Shown: positions 61,936-64,000 of the stretch, in pieces | Layout: the number at the start of each line of letters is the position of its first letter | Numbering within the stretch: position 1 is the first letter of the stretch | NCBI GenBank assembly: GCA_015061745.1 | Contig: SUWB01000004.1 | Location: 47,883 to 111,882, forward strand | From: Lentisphaerota bacterium | Lineage (GTDB): Bacteria; Verrucomicrobiota; Lentisphaeria; Victivallales; Victivallaceae | DNA: 64,000 nucleotides | Direction: 5' to 3' | Position numbers and translations under genes: made by a program | Notes under the pieces: model-generated | Databases searched by the model: none | Seen by the model: the letters and a program-made list of their open reading frames with translations, nothing else | Told to the model about the DNA's origin: nothing

Positions 61936-64000
61936 TTATTTCCCGATTTTTAGTTCCGGAGAAAACAACTTGAGATATGTTTCCCAATCAGACTTTTTGA
62001 TTTGTGCCAGGGCTGCCTGGGAAACTTTCTTTTCCATAAATTCATAGTAGAAAATATGTCGGCTTGACTTGAGAGGTGAAAGCGCGATCGCGTTGAAAAA
62101 TTCCTTTCTTATTCGGCCTTTATTCATAGAAAGTTTTTTAATTTTTCCGTCGTAGGACTGGTAATACACAGCTTTCCCGGGAACAACTTTGACAATATTT
62201 CTCATACTGCTGCCAACTTGAACGATCATAGGGGGACGGGGATAAGATTCTGAAATCTTTTCCATTGTCGCTTTATATGCGGATATTTCTTTGAGGGCAC
62301 GGGGCAGGAATTTTTGGAAGCCCGTGAATTCTGCGATTTTAGCCACTTCAATTGGAGTTGTGCAGCTGCTGGGGATCAGATAATCCTTCGCTTGGGTCAG
62401 TGCATCGTTGAGAGCCTGAGGCGTGTTATTTTCAATAGAAAGATAAAATCCTTTGGTCAGAGATTGGTAAATTTTATTGAAGTCGTCAGTCAATTTCCGG
62501 GTACGGGCATCATTTTCAGCCTTGGTACGGGCTGCTTGTTCCCTCAGTTTTGCTTCCTCTGCTGCTTGAGATTCTGCAGCAGATTGTTGCTGTTTGGCAG
62601 ATTCCAACTGTGCTTTCAAGGCATTGGCTTTGGCATCGCGCTCTGCTTGCAGGCGTTGCTTCCACGCATTGATAGCTTCCTGACGTTTCGGGGCGAATCT
62701 GAAGTTTTCATCTGCGGGAGCATAAGCCACCCGCAACGCAGAGAGTGCTTTGGCTTCTTCATTGGTGACGACAGGCAGGAATTGAGCCAGAAGTTTATCT
62801 GCACTCTCAAGGAACTGCATTCCTTTATCCGGGTTGCTGCGATAGTTATCCAAAAGAGTTTTTACACCGTCTACAAAGGCTTTACGGGTGACGGGTTTGG
62901 GCTTCGGTTTGGGAAGAACCTGAGACGGAGCCGCCTGGGGCGCAACAGTACTGACTGTTTTCTGCGCTTCAGGAGCGGCTGCTTTGATCTTGAAAACAGA
63001 ATTGACAAAGGCCGCATATTTTTCTCCGGGAGCTTTCAGTTTTTCGGGCAATTTCCCTTTTTGTGCCAAAACATAAAAGAGTACAGCCAAAAGAATGAGG
63101 AAAACGGGCAGAAATACCAGATAAGTAATCAGCGACCACTTATTACGGCTGGGCCGCTCAATGCGTTCCTTGTCTTTCCCTTTTTTATCTTTTCCTTTTT
63201 CCTTACTTTTATCTTCCCCTTTTCCTTCTTTATCTTCCTTTTCTGCAGGGGCTTTTTTAGTTTTGGGGGGAGCGAGAGTCAGTTCATCTGATTTGGCTTC
63301 GGGCGCAGGGGCGGGAGTTGCGGGAACTTCAGCTTGAGGCTGTTCTGCCTGATTAGGGGTGGGGGCAGCTTCTGCTTTTTTTACTTCTGCAGCTTGTTCC
63401 GGCGCAGCAGGGGTCGCTGCCGCCGGAGCTTCTTTTTTTTCTGGAGCCGCGGGGGGAGCTGGCACGGCAGGCTTTGCCGGGGTCGCAGGCTTTGCCGGAG
63501 TTGCAGGTTTTGCCGGAGTCGCAGGTTTTGCCGGAGTCGCAGGTTTGGGGGCAAGTGCTTTTGGCATTGCTGCGGCAGGTTTTGCCGTTGTTCCGGGGAC
63601 TCCGATTTTTGGGGCAGTTCCGGGTTTTGCTGTGGTTCCTGCTGTCGGTCCGAATTTCGGTGGAAGCAAAGGGGATTTGCCCTTGGCTGCTCCATTTGGA
63701 GAGAAATTCAAACTCAGTTTCGGGATAGCTACACTGGCCGTTTTGAGTGAATATGCGTCAAGGTCTTTGATAATATCGGCGGGGGTCTGGTAACGGTCTT
63801 CAATATGCCGAGCCATCATCTTGACGATAATATCATTCAATTGCTGGGGCAGTTCCGGATTGATATCTTTTGGGGGAGTCAGATTACCTTCCACGTGCTT
63901 GCGTGCCATTGCTTCGGCGGATTCTTCGGGATAGGGAAACTGGCCCGTAACAAATTGATAAAAGGTTGCTCCGAGACTGTAAATATCGCTTCGGACGTCG
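61936..64000 (-). CDS. membrane Ser/Thr protein kinase, N-terminus beyond the window end: Pro/Ala/Lys-rich linker, TM helix, extracytoplasmic coiled-coil domain
   Basis: The frame stays open upstream of the track's Met. My translation of 63910-64000 gives DVRSDIYSLGATFYQFVTGQFPYPEESAEA (kinase subdomain IX). It is followed by the KPATPA repeats and the TM helix WSLITYLVFLPVFLILLAVLFYVLA. Confidence 0.85.
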   Translation of the reverse strand, partial: DVRSDIYSLGATFYQFVTGQFPYPEESAEAMARKHVEGNLTPPKDINPELPQQLNDIIVKMMARHIEDRYQTPADIIKDLDAYSLKTASVAIPKLSLNFSPNGAAKGKSPLLPPKFGPTAGTTAKPGTAPKIGVPGTTAKPAAAMPKALAPKPATPAKPATPAKPATPAKPATPAKPAVPAPPAAPEKKEAPAAATPAAPEQAAEVKKAEAAPTPNQAEQPQAEVPATPAPAPEAKSDELTLAPPKTKKAPAEKEDKEGKGEDKSKEKGKDKKGKDKERIERPSRNKWSLITYLVFLPVFLILLAVLFYVLAQKGKLPEKLKAPGEKYAAFVNSVFKIKAAAPEAQKTVSTVAPQAAPSQVLPKPKPKPVTRKAFVDGVKTLLDNYRSNPDKGMQFLESADKLLAQFLPVVTNEEAKALSALRVAYAPADENFRFAPKRQEAINAWKQRLQAERDAKANALKAQLESAKQQQSAAESQAAEEAKLREQAARTKAENDARTRKLTDDFNKIYQSLTKGFYLSIENNTPQALNDALTQAKDYLIPSSCTTPIEVAKIAEFTGFQKFLPRALKEISAYKATMEKISESYPRPPMIVQVGSSMRNIVKVVPGKAVYYQSYDGKIKKLSMNKGRIRKEFFNAIALSPLKSSRHIFYYEFMEKKVSQAALAQIKKSDWETYLKLFSPELKIGK
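63469..63540 (-). repeat. four tandem 18-bp in-frame repeats encoding (KPATPA)n in the kinase linker
   Basis: Plus strand reads AGGCTTTGCCGGGGTCGC / AGGCTTTGCCGGAGTTGC / AGGTTTTGCCGGAGTCGC / AGGTTTTGCCGGAGTCGC, with degenerate copies on both flanks. Confidence 0.85.

Noticed and set aside
63469-63540. Short direct repeats considered as a CRISPR array
   Set aside because: The units are contiguous 18-bp repeats with no spacers, in frame inside a kinase gene. No cas genes are in the window.
62314-63793. Plus-strand ORFs (325, 138 and 144 aa) over the kinase C-terminal region
   Set aside because: They are antisense to the kinase gene. Their repetitive Cys/Arg/Phe or Gly/Ala composition simply mirrors the Pro/Ala/Lys-rich coding repeats.
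1-64000. Mobile elements, prophage genes, rRNA/tRNA genes
   Set aside because: I found no integrase, transposase or recombinase motifs, no terminal inverted repeats flanking genes, and no tRNA-like cloverleaf candidates in the intergenic regions inspected. The only large repeat is the tandem paralogue pair.

Overview
The window reads as a contiguous, gene-dense chromosomal segment with moderate GC (judged by eye, not computed). I infer a PVC-superphylum bacterium, probably Lentisphaerota/Victivallales-like. The basis is an H-X9-DG (DUF1559-type) prepilin-like protein with [24 protein letters not shown], two membrane Ser/Thr kinases (one fused to an FGE/SUMF1-type domain), tandem DUF4838-like lipoproteins and several Gfo/Idh/MocA paralogues. 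I call about 52 protein-coding genes and see no rRNA, tRNA, CRISPR array, integrase or transposase.

Recognisable housekeeping genes:
- Envelope and transport: lpxK (partial, absent from the ORF track), lolD plus a LolC/E permease, two SEDS (RodA/FtsW) genes, azlCD, a BtuFCD-like importer.
- Central and biosynthetic metabolism: citrate synthase, a DAHP synthase-pheA operon, purA, a PurF-like gene.
- Other: an ABC-F ATPase, a stand-alone 5'-3' exonuclease, rsmE, yceD, rubrerythrin.

Many intergenic regions carry near-consensus sigma70-type promoters (TTGACA/TTGAAA, 17 nt spacer, TATATT) and clear rho-independent terminators.

Observations most worth follow-up:
1. A minimal ExbB/TolQ-like channel protein is translationally coupled to a partner with an Asp in its single transmembrane helix (TM) and a long coiled coil. 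Both sit in an operon with a kinase and an ABC-F.
2. Two translationally coupled secretin paralogues, one a lipoprotein with a large insertion, are followed by a coupled MarR gene. No secretion ATPase or platform gene is nearby.
3. A 29-codon Tyr/Phe-rich leader ORF plus terminator lies upstream of the DAHP synthase-pheA operon, suggesting attenuation.
4. A consensus promoter fires directly into a roughly 100-nt G-U-rich hairpin RNA with two CUCCUCUU loop motifs.
5. The pseudopilin gene has a duplicated FTLIELLV motif flanking a 24-bp hairpin.
6. A PBP2 pedestal-only protein is coupled to RodA.
7. A radical-SAM domain is fused to HisC.

All functional calls rest on motif recognition by eye. 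No database search was run.
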